A stretch of 64,000 bases of DNA from Octopus sinensis (GCF_006345805.1 NC_043001.1:72478001-72542000), one strand, 5' to 3'; positions 24,149 through 37,507 are shown, counted from the first letter of the stretch. Translations and numbers: made by a program. Notes: generated by a model from the letters alone, not told the origin.

Positions 24149-25760
24149 CAAGAAAGGAATCTTCCAAGGGGACAGTTGATATTCGTGCTGGAAATGATCC
24201 CCTTGAGTGAAGTACTACAGAAAACAAAGTTGAGTATGATCTGATAGAGGTAAGGAAAAACTAAACTACTTGCTATTCATGAACGACCTGAAGATATTCA
24301 CAAAATTTAAGGCTGAATTGGACAGCCTATTCCAGGCTGTGCGGATTTTCTTCAATGATATTAAGATATTTGGACTCTCAAAATGTGCTACGATGGTGAT
24401 GAGACGAGGAAAGCTTGCAAGGACTGAAGGCTATAAATACCAGGGAATACTTCAGGCAGATGGAGTCAAACACCACGACATGAAGGGAAAGACAAAAAGA
24501 GAGTACCTGCGGCGAATGAGAAAATATTGGCTTCAAAGCTGAATGCTAGAAACATAATTTCGGCAATAAACTCGCGCGCGGTCGGCAATAGTTCGGTATG
24601 GCACTGGAATCCTGAATTGGGCAGAGGAGGAGTTAGAGGAGATGGACAGGAAGTCAAGAAAGCTTCTAACGATGCACAGAGCACATCATTCTCGTGCAGA
24701 CACTGATCGCCTGTACATGAATAGAACAAATAGAGGAAGGGGATTGATAAGTGTGGAAGACTGTGCTTATCGAACTCGAGAGCTTAATGAGATACCTAGC
24801 CCAAAGTAAGGAAACCTTGCTTGTGATTGTTAGGAACGAGGGAGTATTGAGAGCAGAGAAAAAAGAGAAAACAAAGTAAAAGTACAAAAAGGACGTGCAG
24901 AAGAATTGCGCAAGAAGAGACTACACAATCAATTCCATGTAACCACAGCAGAAGTTACTGGAAAAAATAGGTGGGATTGGCTGATGAAAGGAAACCTAAA
25001 AAATGAGATAGAGAGCACTATACTGGCAACGCATGACGAAGCTCTGGCCATGAACTAGAGGATCAGCCTGAAGAATGAGCAAATGTCTCCGCTGTACCGC
25101 ACCTACAATATAGTGGATGAAACCATTGCCCATATCCCGAACGAATGCCCTAGACATGCCCAAAACCATTACAAGTTGTAGCGACACGACCAGGTAGCGA
25201 GAGTGCTACATTGGAAACTATGCGAAAAGTAGTGGCTAGAGAGAGGCAAGACGTGGTATGAGCACAAACCGCAGAAAGTGGTGGAGGCGGGAACTAGCAA
25301 AATCCTCTGGGATTTCCCAATCCAAACAAATCAGGTGCTAGAGCGTAACAGACTGGACCTAGTGGTGGTGGACAAGGTGCCCCACATACGCTATATAGTT
25401 GATGTTGCATGCCACTTTGACTTACGAATATTCAAGAAGGAAGGCGAAAAGATAGATAGATATAAACTTCTTAAGTACGAAATAGTCCGTCTATGGAAAA
25501 TGAAACAGGTGAAGATAGTACCAATTATTATTGGGTCCTTGGGAACAGTATAAGAAGGCATCAAGAGGAATATAAAGGAAATTGGAATAGAGTGTCCAGT
25601 AGAACTGTTACAAAAGCTTTGCCTCCTTGGCACGGCCAGAATAATCAAGAAAGTATTAGAGAGCTGAAAAGAACAGATAGCATGGTACCATAGGCTGCAG
25701 GTAGTAAGCCCGCTACACATGCAAGACTCCAAGAGTTCCAACAAAACCTGTGATAAAAAG
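24149..25760 (+). mobile_element. R4/Dong-type LINE, second family, 5'-truncated and decayed
   Basis: GIFQGDS, LLFMNDLK, FGLSKCA, YKY.GIL, RHDQV, KILWDFPIQT..NRLDLVVVDK..IVDVACHFD..K..KY..VPIIIGSLG (RLE PD-(D/E)xK domain); ends in (AAT)n. Confidence 0.9.
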
Positions 25761-25988
25761 ATAATAATAATGATGATGATGATAATGATAATAATAATGA
25801 TAATAACAGTAGTAGCAGCAGTAGTAGTAGTAGCAGTAGTAGTAGCAGTAGTAGTAGTAGCAGCAGTAGTAGTAGTAGCAGTAGTAGTAGTAGCAGTAGT
25901 AGTAGTAGCAGCAGTAGTAGCAGGAGCAGCAACAGCAGCAGCAGCAGCATTAGTAGTAGTAGTAGCAGTAGTAGTAATAATAATAATG

Positions 25989-26049
<61 letters not shown>
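25761..26049. repeat. (AAT)/(GTA)/(GCA)n compound microsatellite
   Basis: Direct reading. Confidence 0.95.
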
Positions 26050-26051
<2 letters not shown>

Positions 26052-26606
26052 GCCCTGATGCAGTATCAGGCAGTGGCTCTCATGGCTTCTGATCTTAACT
26101 GATTGGAAGTGTTATCATGTACATTGTTTTGTCTTGGTATAAAAGATGGGCTACAGCAAATATTCTGCTCAATACCACAGATTTGCTTGTCAGTTGTTTG
26201 ACCTTAATCAGTTGAGCATGCCCCTTAGTGGCTGACGATATGTGCATCTCTGATCACGAGCAGAAGTAGTGGGGGAGCATCATAGCCATGTGCTGAGAGG
26301 GATTCTTTGGGGTTTGAATAGTTCACCTCTGGAAACATGGGTGGTTCTTTCAACATCCTTAAACAACCCTTATTCAGGGACCGTTTGAGCGGGATGGGCT
26401 ACTCAACCTGAAGAAAATTTTAATTGGGCCCCACCTGCAAGGTCATGTGCTGTTTATCTTGATATGAGATCACCATGTCGCGCACATATGGTTGTGATGC
26501 ATGTGCCTGGTGTACCCTTATCAGACGGGTAGTCATGATGGGTATATTGGGCTTCGTATATTTTACCCCAGTGTCACTTTGATGGCATGAACTGCTCTCT
26601 CACTCA
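26050..26606 (+). mobile_element. Non-coding ~555-bp retro-repeat X with (AAT)n tail
   Basis: Nearly identical to the inverted, 5'-truncated copy at 30428-30846; both sit in (AAT)n; no ORF and no recognisable tRNA head. Confidence 0.75.
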
Positions 26607-26629
26607 GTAATAATAATAATAATAATAAT

Positions 26630-28240
26630 AAAGATCAGCTAATGATCAATAAAGCCATAACTGAAGATAGCCGCAGAAAGAAGAAGGATCTATGTATGGC
26701 CTAGATCGATTACCGAAAGACTTTTGATTGTATTCTCTACACATGGATCTTAGAAACACTAGGCATGAACAAAGGTAACACCAATAATCATATAAAATAT
26801 AACAAACGACATGAATAAATGGCAGACAGTGCTACAGCTCCAGACAAACAGGGACTCATAAAAACCAAAGCCATCACCATTAGAAGAGGAATATTCCAAG
26901 GAGACATGCTCTCTCCACTCCTTTTCTGCCTAACACTGAGACCTTTTTCTAACATGCTAAACAGAACTGAATGTGGATACAACTGTTACGGCAAAACAAT
27001 CACCCACCTCTTATATATGGATGACCTAAAACTGTACGCTGCAAATGATAAACAGCTGGAAACATTACTACAGACAGTACATGAATTTATCAAAGAAATA
27101 AACATGAAATTTGGCTTAGAAAAATGTGCTAAAGCAAACTTGAAAAGAGGAAAACTAGTTAAGAGTGGCATCATCACACTAGATAAGGCAAATGAAATAA
27201 GAGAATTAGACCAAAAGCCAGACATACAATACTTAGGAATCAATGAACTAGACAAGATACAACATATACAAATGAAAGAGAAAATAAAAAAAGACGAGTT
27301 AGATTAATACTGAAAACAGCTCAATGCGAAAAACAAGATAATAGTCATCAACGCTATAGCCGTTCCAGTTATAAATTACAGCTACAATATCCTTAACTGA
27401 ACACTAAGTGAACTAATCAAAATAGACAGGAAAGCAAGAAAGATAATGACAGGATTTAGGATGCACTACCAAAAATCTGACTGAAATCTGACAAAATCTG
27501 ATAGAAAGGTTATATATACAACGTATAGAAGGTGGTAGAGGCCTTTTACAGCTAGAAAACTATTGCAAAAAACCATAGGACTACAAAAATACCTACTTCA
27601 GAAGTAAAGAAAATTAATACAAATAGCCACAAAACACGAACAAAACAAAAAACTGTTTTCAGTCTTTAAGGAAGCTGACACGTACAAAAAGGAAGACATA
27701 CTACCTAACAACTATGAAGAAAAAGAAGAAACAATAAAAGCTATAAAACAGTTGAAATCCAAACTAAAACTGGAACAGCAACGGGTCATGATAAAACGAT
27801 GGCAAGAAAACCCCTTCATGGCAAATACTGGGTTAAACTAAACGCAAAAGAAATGGACAAAGCAAAATCCCAATAATGGCTGAGAAGCTCAGGACTCAAA
27901 GCAGAGACTGAAGGATTTTTAATTGCAGCACAAAACCAAAGCCTCCTCACCAAAATTTACCAAAAACGTATAATGAAAAGAAACATAAGTAAATGCAGAA
28001 TATGTGGAGATGGACAAGAAACAATAAACCATATTGTCTCTGGCTGCCCAGCCATGGCTAAGAAGGAATATATTCCCAGACACGACAGAGCTGGGACGTA
28101 TATACACTGGAAGCTATGCCAACACTATGGAATAACAACAGAAAAACGATAGTATAGGCATACACCAGAGGTCACAGAAAATGAGAAAGCAACTATACTA
28201 TGGGATATGCTATACAGAGAAAGAGAAATTAAAGCCAATA
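26630..28240 (+). mobile_element. R4/Dong-type LINE RT-to-zinc-knuckle fragment (same family as 23296-24148)
   Basis: KDQLMINK, IDYRKTFD, RRGIFQGDMLSPLLFCL, HLLYMDDLKLYA, FGLEKCA; 27530-28170 aligns with 23296-23945. Confidence 0.9.
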
Positions 28241-28244
28241 GTAT

Positions 28245-28570
28245 TCTCCGGGACATTTCCTTTTCAATCAGTATTTCTTCTCCATATTTGGTATGATTCT
28301 CTTGTTATCCCTATGTCTACCGGGTATAGTTTTGCAGTGTAGAATGCATATAACACTTCGATGTAGACGTCATCTGTCCACCGTTCTCTTTTGGTTTTGT
28401 TTTTCGCTTGCGCAGTCACATTAGGAGAGGTATCTGCTTGTTCAGAGTAAACTTTTTGGCAGAGTACCGTCTCTGGTTTTATGCTGTTTTTATTTTCGTA
28501 TCTCGAGGGCTTCAAACTCATAGATAAAAATCTGCCATTATTGGTTTTCGAAGTTTTATTACTGAGCATA
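28245..28570 (-). mobile_element. R4/Dong-type ORF N-terminal fragment
   Basis: KRERWTDDVYIEVLYAFYTAK..RESYQIWRR resembles the Myb-like N-terminus of R4/Dong ORFs. Confidence 0.55.
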
Positions 28571-28864
28571 TCTGCTTATTTTCTCTATTTAAAATGAGAT
28601 GTGTTGCATTTTATATCTATTGTTATTATTTTTTTCGTTTAATTTGTTTAAACACTGTGTTCTTCGTTGTCTTGTTTATGTACGATAAGTACGGGTGCAT
28701 GTGTGAATCATATAAACATTACATTTATGTGTATTTTTGTAGAAATGAGACTGCATATACGATTATTATTTGTACTCACATTTTTTTCTGTAGCAACATC
28801 GCATTCTCGCGTATTGCATCAATTCTTGTATAGGCAATAACGGAGCAGTCCAGGGTAAAACAGA

Positions 28865-29720
28865 GACCGAGGGGGAGCATTTGGATAGTGGAATGTCTTC
28901 AAGCGCTTAGAACTCTCAGCCAATCGGACAGTGCGATAGGTGGAACGTCCACTTTAAGCTTTTTATAGAGGATTAGAGGAGGGAAAGTGCGACGATGTTC
29001 TTGGGGAGACCTTGGGCGTCGAAGATCAGCTAGTCGCTCTTTTCCGGAGAACCTTCGGGTCGAGACCGATGGAAAATTCCGAAAAATCTCTGGCCTGGCA
29101 GTGCTACCGGGGAGCTTTGCCTGTTCGAGATAAACTTTACAGCCACGGAAGTGCTGTCAGTCGAGCATGTCTGTGATGCGCGCAGGACGACGAAACGGTC
29201 CTGCATGCATTCGTCCAGTGCCCGGGCATTGCTGACCTGTGGGTTTATGTCGAACACCTGCTGTCGCGCGTGGGATGGATCCGGCTGTCAACCGAATTCT
29301 TCGTGAAGATCGCCCCGCCACTTTCCTTCAACCGGAAGGAAAGGCTGTCTTTATATGTCTGGTTGTCATGGCGAAAGAAGTTGTATGGTAGACGAGATTG
29401 AAGGGGCTGAAGACAAACACTTTTCTTCCTGATGAACTTCAAGTTTCACTTGAAAAGGGAAATAAGGGTAGAGAGGGAAGTGTTGTCTTCTAGCCAGTTT
29501 GCTGAAAGGTGAATGAAAGTGGCGAGAATAGTGCGAGTGAACGGGCCCTGAGCATACGCCTGTAGTTGGAAAAAGGAAAGAAAAAAAGGCTCCTGCCCCA
29601 AAACTCATGGCTTTTTATGGGGTTTTTTCTATGAGCAGCCCTCGAACAGAATAATTTTTATTTTTTCCTTTTCTCTCTGTCTTTCTTCCTCTTTTTCTCT
29701 CTCACATGACTTTGTAAATG
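28865..29720 (+). mobile_element. L1/Tx1-type LINE 3' end
   Basis: KSLAWQCYRGALPVRDKLYSHGSAVSRAC..C..DETVLHAFVQC (zf-RVT-like CCHC), then ORF end and pyrimidine-rich 3' UTR; homologous to 32247-33330. Confidence 0.85.
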
Positions 29721-29899
29721 AACAATTTGGTGTGTTTATTTTAATGTGACATAATAGTCATTCCTAGCAGCTTCCCTCTGTTGGTGCCTTTTAATGCTGG
29801 CAATCGTTAAAGAGAAAGGATTTGGGACAGTAATAGAAGAGTTGAACAGCGTATCATAGCAGTAGCAGGCAAGCTCTCCAGATATCAGAAAAAATAGAT

Positions 29900-30405
29900 C
29901 AGTATCAATAGAAAAGATTATTTGAGACAGACCATAAATCAATTATTGGTATCTATAATTGTTTTGTTCAGTCTGTTATTTTCTACTTCTTGTTCGTTTG
30001 AATAGGTAAGTCCCACAAATCTTACATTTCTCCGACTCTAGTACTCTTTCGACTCGATAATTTTACCATGTGGTTCCAACTTCAAATAACCATTTCTATC
30101 AAAGTTTCCGGTGTAAAACCTTTACAATCTGGTCGTGCCTCCGTTTCTTATATTCTTCTGTGCCAACTTGGGGCATTCTATCATAATATGTGCCATTGTC
30201 TCGTTCAAAGTTCCAGAGGCTCTGCATTTTTCTAGCACATTCTCACCATATATTTTTTCTCGAGTTGTTTGTTTTTACCGCTTGATCTTGGGCTAGTACA
30301 ATTAGGATCCGTTATTTTTTTAATTGCCCTATAATTAATAAAGTTCAGGATTTTGTTCCACATACATCCATAAGGGCTTTCCAATATTGGCCATGTAAAG
30401 GCTTT
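29900..30405 (-). mobile_element. Decayed R4/Dong C-terminal fragment
   Basis: PLHGQYWK..; CRA.GTLNETMAHIMIECPKLAQK. Confidence 0.7.
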
Positions 30406-30427
30406 TTATTATTATTATTATTATTAT

Positions 30428-30846
30428 TGAGTGAGAGAGCAGTTCATGCCATCAAAGTGACACTGGGGTAAAATATACGAAGCCCAATATACCCATCATG
30501 ACTACCCGTCTGATAAAGGTACACCAGGCACATGCATCACAACCATATGTGCGCGACATGGTGATCTCATATCAAGATAAACAGCACATGACCTTGCAGG
30601 TGGGGCCCAGTTAGAATTTTCTTCATTTTGAGTAGCCCATCCTGCTCAAACGGTCCCTGAATAAGGGTTGTTTAAGGATGTTGAAAGAACCACCCATGTT
30701 TCCAGAGGTGAACTATTCAAACCCCAAAGAATCCCTCTCAACACATGGCTATGATGCTCCCCCACTACTTCTGCTCGTGATCAGAGATGCACATATCGTC
30801 AGCCACTAAGGGACATGCTCAACTGGTTAAGGTCAAACAACTGACA
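30428..30846 (-). mobile_element. Retro-repeat X, 5'-truncated copy
   Basis: Reverse complement of ~26187-26606 with few substitutions; (ATT)n on both sides. Confidence 0.85.
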
Positions 30847-30847
30847 A

Positions 30848-30919
<72 letters not shown>

Positions 30920-30971
30920 CATTATTATTATTATTATATTTCGTTTTTGGATTTGTTTTCTTTTTGTGCGA

Positions 30972-31189
30972 TATAATTTAACAGACTCACTGGTAAAATT
31001 TCCACTTATTTCTTAGTTTAATTTTCCTGACCCACACACATGCGCACAAACAAACAAAAAGGAACGCAGTGTAAATAACGGAATAACGGACAGAGTCAAG
31101 ACTATTGAAAAGGTTGCAAGACGCAACGAAAATTTTAGGAAAATAAAAATAATAAGTGGACATTTTACCGGTGAGTGTGTTAAATTATA
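30972..31189. mobile_element. MITE-like element, 39-bp imperfect TIR
   Basis: TATAATTTAACAGACTCACTGGTAAAATTTCCACTTATT vs AATAAGTGGACATTTTACCGGTGAGTGTGTTAAATTATA (3 mismatches). Confidence 0.8.
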
Positions 31190-31269
31190 AGGCATAAAAA
31201 GAAAATGACTCTCCCCAGAAACAACAGAATATTATTATTTTTTAAAATACAAACTCAACACATGACTGA

Positions 31270-32170
31270 TTGTTGAAGTCTCACAACATCTTGTATTTCT
31301 TACTTTCTAGTATTTTACTAGGTTCATGTCCATACCATTTATCAGTACGTTCAAATCCTAGCTTTCTGCATAGCTTCTAGTGGATTGCTCTCCCTAGATT
31401 GTCGTGTCTTTTCATGCATTCTTTCTGTGCCAGCATGCTACATTCACTTACTATATGAGTAACGCTTTCCTCTCTTGATTTGCATAATCTACATTGGACA
31501 TCTACTTGGTTTTTGACTATCTTGGCGTTTATCCAATTAGTCCTTAATGCTTGATCTTGTGCAGCTACTAGCAAACTCCCTGTCTCCCTCTTCAGCTTTC
31601 CTTTCTGCAACTATAACCATATCTCACTACTACTATTTTCTGCAACTATCTTTACGAATCTACCATGTAACGCCTTCTCCTACCGGTCAGATAATCTCTG
31701 TTCTTCCTTCTGGTTTTAAACTTCATTGGGTTTTTGGTTTCCCTATATCTTTTGACTTCCCTATGTGACTCTGGTAGCTTTTAATAAACTTGTTTCACAA
31801 TTACCAGTATAGGTGTCTGTATCTACTCTAGCTAACTCCACGCAGCCTTCACTAGATTCGTACAATTTAGCTTTGACTTTATTAGCTTCTTCGCCCTTAT
31901 GATGTACTCCTCAATTTTCGTTTTCATTTCTGTAGTTAGTACTCTGTCAGATTGTAACACTCCTAGATACTTATAACTCTCTCCTCCTTTCAATGCTTTT
32001 AATGTCTGGCCATCTGATAATTGGATGCCTTCGCTGTTGACTACCTGTCCTCTTCTCATGACTAATATTGCACACTTATCTACGCCAAATTCTATGCCTG
32101 TATCTTTACTGAAGAGCTTTACAGTCTGTATTAAGGAATCTGTCTCTTTTTCATTCTTACTAAAAATCTT
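31270..32170 (-). mobile_element. R4/Dong-type LINE fragment, further family
   Basis: IEFGVDKCA..GESYKYLGVLQ; LKRETGSLLVAAQDQALRT..CRLCKSREESVTHIVSEC..KRHDNL..WYGHEP. Confidence 0.9.
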
Positions 32171-32191
32171 TGCTCCTACTACTGAGTGTTG

Positions 32192-32246
<55 letters not shown>

Positions 32247-32247
<1 letters not shown>

Positions 32248-33330
32248 TGTTGGTTGGCCAAGGTGGTGCGCTTACTCTTCCGCTTTTTCTGCGGAAGGGG
32301 TGCGTTCCACAGGTCAGGAGCTCCATCTGCTGTTAATAGCTGCTGAATGGTTGCTGATGCGCAGACATGCGCTCAGGCTACGGCATCTCTAGCGTTTCTT
32401 TGACGGTGTGGTCGCCGTTTGTTAGACTCACTTTTCCACAGCTCGTCTCTTTGATTGAGATGCAAACCTGGATTAGGCGTAGACCGAGGAGGAGTGCTTG
32501 GCACCTCAAGTGCCGCCAGTCGGGCAATACGGTCGATGGTAGTTCCACTCTAGCGTTCTATAGAGGGATAGTGGAGAGGAAGTGCGACGACATTCTCGGA
32601 GAAACTCTTGGCGTCGACGAGAATCAACTAATCGGTCTGTTTCAGAAAACTTTCGGGCCTGGGCCTGTAGATAACTTCCAGAAATCCCTTGCCTGACAGT
32701 GCTAACAAGGGGCGGGATAAACTTTACATGTACGGCAGTGTTATCAGCCGAGCTTGCCCAAGGTGCGTGCAGAGCGACGAAACCGTTTTGCACGCCCTCA
32801 TCCAGTACCCGAGCATTGCTGACCTGTGGGTTGCATGTGGGACGGATCCGGCTATCAGTTGAATCCATTGGCCGGGAGGGGCAGGCCAAAGAGGTAGTAT
32901 GGTGGACTCGTCTGAAAGGGCTAAAGTCAGATACGTTCCTCTTTGGCCAAGCCCTCATCAACTTATTGAGTTTCACTTGAAGGGGAAGGTGAGGGTGGAG
33001 AGGGAAGTGTTGCGTTCAAGCAAGTTTATTGAAAAATGGGTGAATGTTGAAAGAATGGCCAGTGTGAAAGGCCCAATTCTGCGCACTTGTGAAAAATTAA
33101 AAGAGAAGGGCTCTTGTCTTGTTGATCAGGCACCCGTGGCTTTTGTGGGTTTTCCCACGAGAAACCTTAAAGCGCCTCCCTCTATTGGGAGATTTCTGTT
33201 TAATTTTTTATTGCTTTCTAATGTTTACACGCTGTAAAATCCTTTCTATCGTCTTGCGTTATCTTTTGTGTTGTGTCATGTCATTGTATGTTGTTTAATG
33301 TAAGCCTTTGTGGCTAATGAAAGAATAAAT
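32247..33330 (+). mobile_element. L1/Tx1-type LINE 3' end inserted in (ATT)n
   Basis: LMRRHALRLRHL..KSLA*QC..RDKLY..C..C..ETVLHALIQY..AKEVVWWTRLKG; tail ..TAAGCCTTTGTGGCTAATGAAAGAATAAA(TTA)n. Confidence 0.85.
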
Positions 33331-33360
33331 TATTATTATTATTATTATTACTACTACTAC

Positions 33361-33406
<46 letters not shown>

Positions 33407-33779
33407 CACTGATACCGGAGAAAGTTATTTACCTGAGTCCAGTGGTGAGGCTCTGGCTATAGAGTTCAGGAGTTTTGGGCCCTTCGTTACCACTTCTCTT
33501 CTGATCCGGGTTGTAATACCAGCTAAGGGCTTTATTTATGTGTTAAATAGCAGAAGGTTGCCTCGTAGCTAAGGCTTACAAGATCTGGAGGATGGCAGAC
33601 CCCTAGATATGCTTTGCACAGATTCACCGGTGTGTGGACATGTTCTAATGTCAATTGAACCAGCTGTCTTAGTGATTATGTAGACCCTGTACTTGGAAGT
33701 AAAGGAGACTAACACGGTACCTATAACAAGTCACACTCGTTCGCGAATAACGACTGGCTGATCTGTCTTTGTATTGGGC

Positions 33780-34278
33780 AGAATACAACAATCTTGGATA
33801 TCGAAGACATTATGTATAAACAAAGAATATACAAAACAAAACCAGAATATGAAATTGGTACGAAAATGGAAAACTTCGGAAAAGAAGAGTTTCTAAACCT
33901 TCTAATAGAACTAATAAGATGAGGATTGTCAGAGGGAGACGATCTAGTTTCACTATTCTTCTGTATAATTCTGAATCAACCCACTAAAGGTTATAAATGA
34001 TGTTATGGAAGAACTTCAAACTAAATCCTCTCCATTTCGATAATTTCAGCTATTTACCTGAGTCAATGTCCAGCTGGAGAACTTACGAAACATTGTATAT
34101 GAATTCAATCTGGATAATATAAAACTTAGTTGGGACTACGAAAAGGCAACTTAAAATATAAAACTTTAAATTAGATCGAGACATGGAAATTGAAAGTTTG
34201 GAACAGAACCAGCTACGCAAATACTTAAAAGAAAATATGTTGAAATTGATAAATTTGAAGATACAAAACTGAAGAAAT

Positions 34279-34280
<2 letters not shown>
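33780..34280 (+). mobile_element. Very decayed R4/Dong RT fragment
   Basis: IR*GLSEGDDLVSLFFCIILN echoes RRGIFQGDSLSPL.FC..LN. Confidence 0.45.
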
Positions 34281-34311
<31 letters not shown>

Positions 34312-34335
34312 CACACACACACACACACACACGCG

Positions 34336-34625
34336 CACTTTTATCTTTTATCCTTCACTTGTTTCAGTCATTATACACCGCCTATAAGAATTTTAGTAAA
34401 ACTTAACGATCCCAGTATTAATTTTTTTTTCATTTTTTTTTTGTAAAACTTGGCACTTATTCTATCGGTCTCTTATAATGAAACACTAAGCTACGGGGAC
34501 ATAAACACACCAATACCGATTGTCGAGCAGTTGTGGGGGACAACCACATGCACAAAACACACACACACACACAGAAGCACACATACACACACACATATAC
34601 GACGGGCTTCTTTCAGTTTCCGTAA
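34336..34625 (-). mobile_element. SINE family B, 3' part
   Basis: CTTGTTTCAGTCATT..TACGGGGAC..GACGGGCTTCTTTCAGTTTCCGT. Confidence 0.8.
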
Positions 34626-34864
34626 ATACATAGGTAACATATATTTATATATATTTGTGTTTGTGTGTGTGTGTGCGTGCGTATTGATACGTGTTCCATA
34701 TATTATCGTATTTCTTCAGCTTTATGACTCAATATTTTAACTCGTTCCAGCACCAACAACTCAAACAACATCAACAACAACAAGTGTTATTGACGTCGTT
34801 TTAGTTGTTCTTGGTTGAGCATTATCATTACCACGTTATAATCATATAATTTCATTCTTTGTCT

Positions 34865-34897
<33 letters not shown>

Positions 34898-35497
34898 CAC
34901 CACCACCACCATCATTACCACCGACCAACCCTTCCATTAAAACTACTACCACCATCAGCAGCATTACTGCAACAACTGCAACAGCAACAACCCCAACTAC
35001 TACTACTATTTCTACTACCACTACTCTCGTCTCCATCATCACTGCCACCACCATATAGAATCACTGTTGCAACCGCCGTAACTCATATATATGACAAAAA
35101 TAAGAAATTGTATCAGAAACAACAAAAGACCGAAAAAAATCCCCACCACCACCACCGCCACCACCAAAAATATAAAAAAATTCTCACGATCATTTCTTTC
35201 TGTTGCAGAGCTTCACGAGACTTCTTGTTGTTTGCCGTTTTGTGGTAAACTGAGCTGAAACATCCGCCTCGATGAGAAGTTTCGATACTTGGGTTACCGT
35301 TTTGTTGACGTCAGTCAAAGATATCCACCAATCAGTAGACGGATAATAAAATAGCATTTATTGAAGATCGCTCGATACAAAATATGTCTCGGATGTGGAT
35401 CCCAGCGCAGGCTTTGGGAAGAGAAGTTCCAATGTCACCAATATCGATATTATACAAACGTTAGAATGTTAACCAAGCTTTTCTTCTTCTTTTTCTT

Positions 35498-35528
<31 letters not shown>

Positions 35529-35629
35529 TCTTCTTCTTCTTCTTCTTCTTATTCTTCTTTCTTCTTCTTGCTTCTCTTCTTCTGCTTATCTTCTTCTTCT
35601 TCTTCTTCTTCTTCATTGGCGTACATTAT

Positions 35630-35662
<33 letters not shown>

Positions 35663-35686
35663 TATATATATTATATATATATCTAT

Positions 35687-35719
<33 letters not shown>

Positions 35720-35762
35720 TATATATATACATATATATATACATACACATACATATACATAC

Positions 35763-35803
<41 letters not shown>

Positions 35804-35884
35804 ATATATATATATATATATATATAATATATATATATATATATAATATATACATATACATACATATATATATATATATATATA

Positions 35885-36100
35885 ATCTTTTATTTGTTTC
35901 AGACTGTGGCCATGCTGGGGCACGGTTTGAAGAATTTTAATCGAACGAATCGAACTCCAGTACTTAATTTTTTGTAAAGCCTGGTACTTGCTTTAACGGA
36001 TCATTATGCCGAACCGCTAAGTTACAGGGAAGTAAACACACCAAGAACGATTTTCTAGCGGGGGTGGGGGACAAACACAAACACACACACACACACACAC

Positions 36101-36156
<56 letters not shown>

Positions 36157-36320
36157 AATACACTCATACACGACGGATTTATTTCAGTTCCCGTCAAACA
36201 AATCCTCTCACAAGGCTTTGGTCTGTCCAAGGCTATAGTAGAAGACACTTTCCCAAGGTGTCACGGAGTGGGAATGGACTATATGGTTGGGGAAGCAAAC
36301 ATCTCACTACACAGCTACGC
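35885..36320 (-). mobile_element. SINE family B
   Basis: Full-length reverse-complement copy. Confidence 0.85.
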
Positions 36321-36548
36321 ATAATGCTCGAAATACGAGACTAGAAAAACGGCCAAAAACTGATGGAGGGCTGTTCTTTATGTTGTTGTTTTGTTTTCCT
36401 TTTGTATCCTTCGTATTCGAAAGAATAGTTCATGTTCCATGTACTCGTACTTCATAATTTTTGTTGTACACTTGTACACGTTTCATGACGTCCTGTGCCC
36501 ACATGTGCATATATATATATATATATATATAATATATATATGTGTGTG

Positions 36549-36579
<31 letters not shown>

Positions 36580-36621
36580 ATATAATATATATATATATAT
36601 ATAAGATATATATATATACTT

Positions 36622-36682
<61 letters not shown>

Positions 36683-37377
36683 GTATAATATATATATATA
36701 TGTATAGATAGATATAGATATGATATAGTAGATATAGATATGTATATGCATATATATATTTATTTTATATATTAAATATATATATATAATATATATTATA
36801 TATATATATATGTGTCTGTGTGTGTGCTGTGTGTGGTGTGTGTGTGTGTGTGTGTGTGTTGTGTGCGTGTGTGTGGTGTAATTTTCTATTAGCGACAGAA
36901 GCAGTATTAGTTCAGAATAGCAAGTTGTGCATCATGGTTAAAGCAGGTACAGTGTTGAAAGCCTTAAGAAACTATGGTATTTGTCTCAACTAACTATCTC
37001 TGTGTTTCTTAACACTATACGTCTATGATAGATGCTTTCTCGAGACGAGTACCACTGTTTACAAGGCTTTCAATGATGCATATGGTCATATGTGTGCATA
37101 TGTCTATATGTCACATCTGCTGCTAAATAGTTATATATATATATAATATATATATATATATATAATATGTGTGTGTGTGGTGTGTGTGTGTGTGTGTGTA
37201 TGTGTGTGTGTGGTGTGTGTGTGTGTATTGTGTGTGTGTGTGTGTGTATGTGTGTGTGTGTATGTGTGTGTGTTCGTGTGCGTGCGTGTGTTTGTATATA
37301 TGTATATGCATGCATGAATACATATATATTTATATGTATATATATTATGTTTTGTATGTATATATATATATATAATA

Positions 37378-37507
37378 CAGGGTGTCCCCAAAAAATGTAT
37401 ACACATAGTGGTTCGGCAAAAGAGAACGATAGAATAAGTACTAGCTTACAAAGAATAACAAATTTACAATTATTTAAGGTGTGTATACATTTTTTGGGGA
37501 CACCCTG
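37378..37507. mobile_element. 130-bp Tc1/mariner-type MITE containing a SINE B fragment
   Basis: Perfect 28-bp TIR CAGGGTGTCCCCAAAAAATGTATACACA, TA on both sides; the interior GGTTCGGCAAAAGAGAACGATAGAATAAGTACTAG.TTACAAAGAATAA matches SINE B 4452-4501. Confidence 0.9.
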
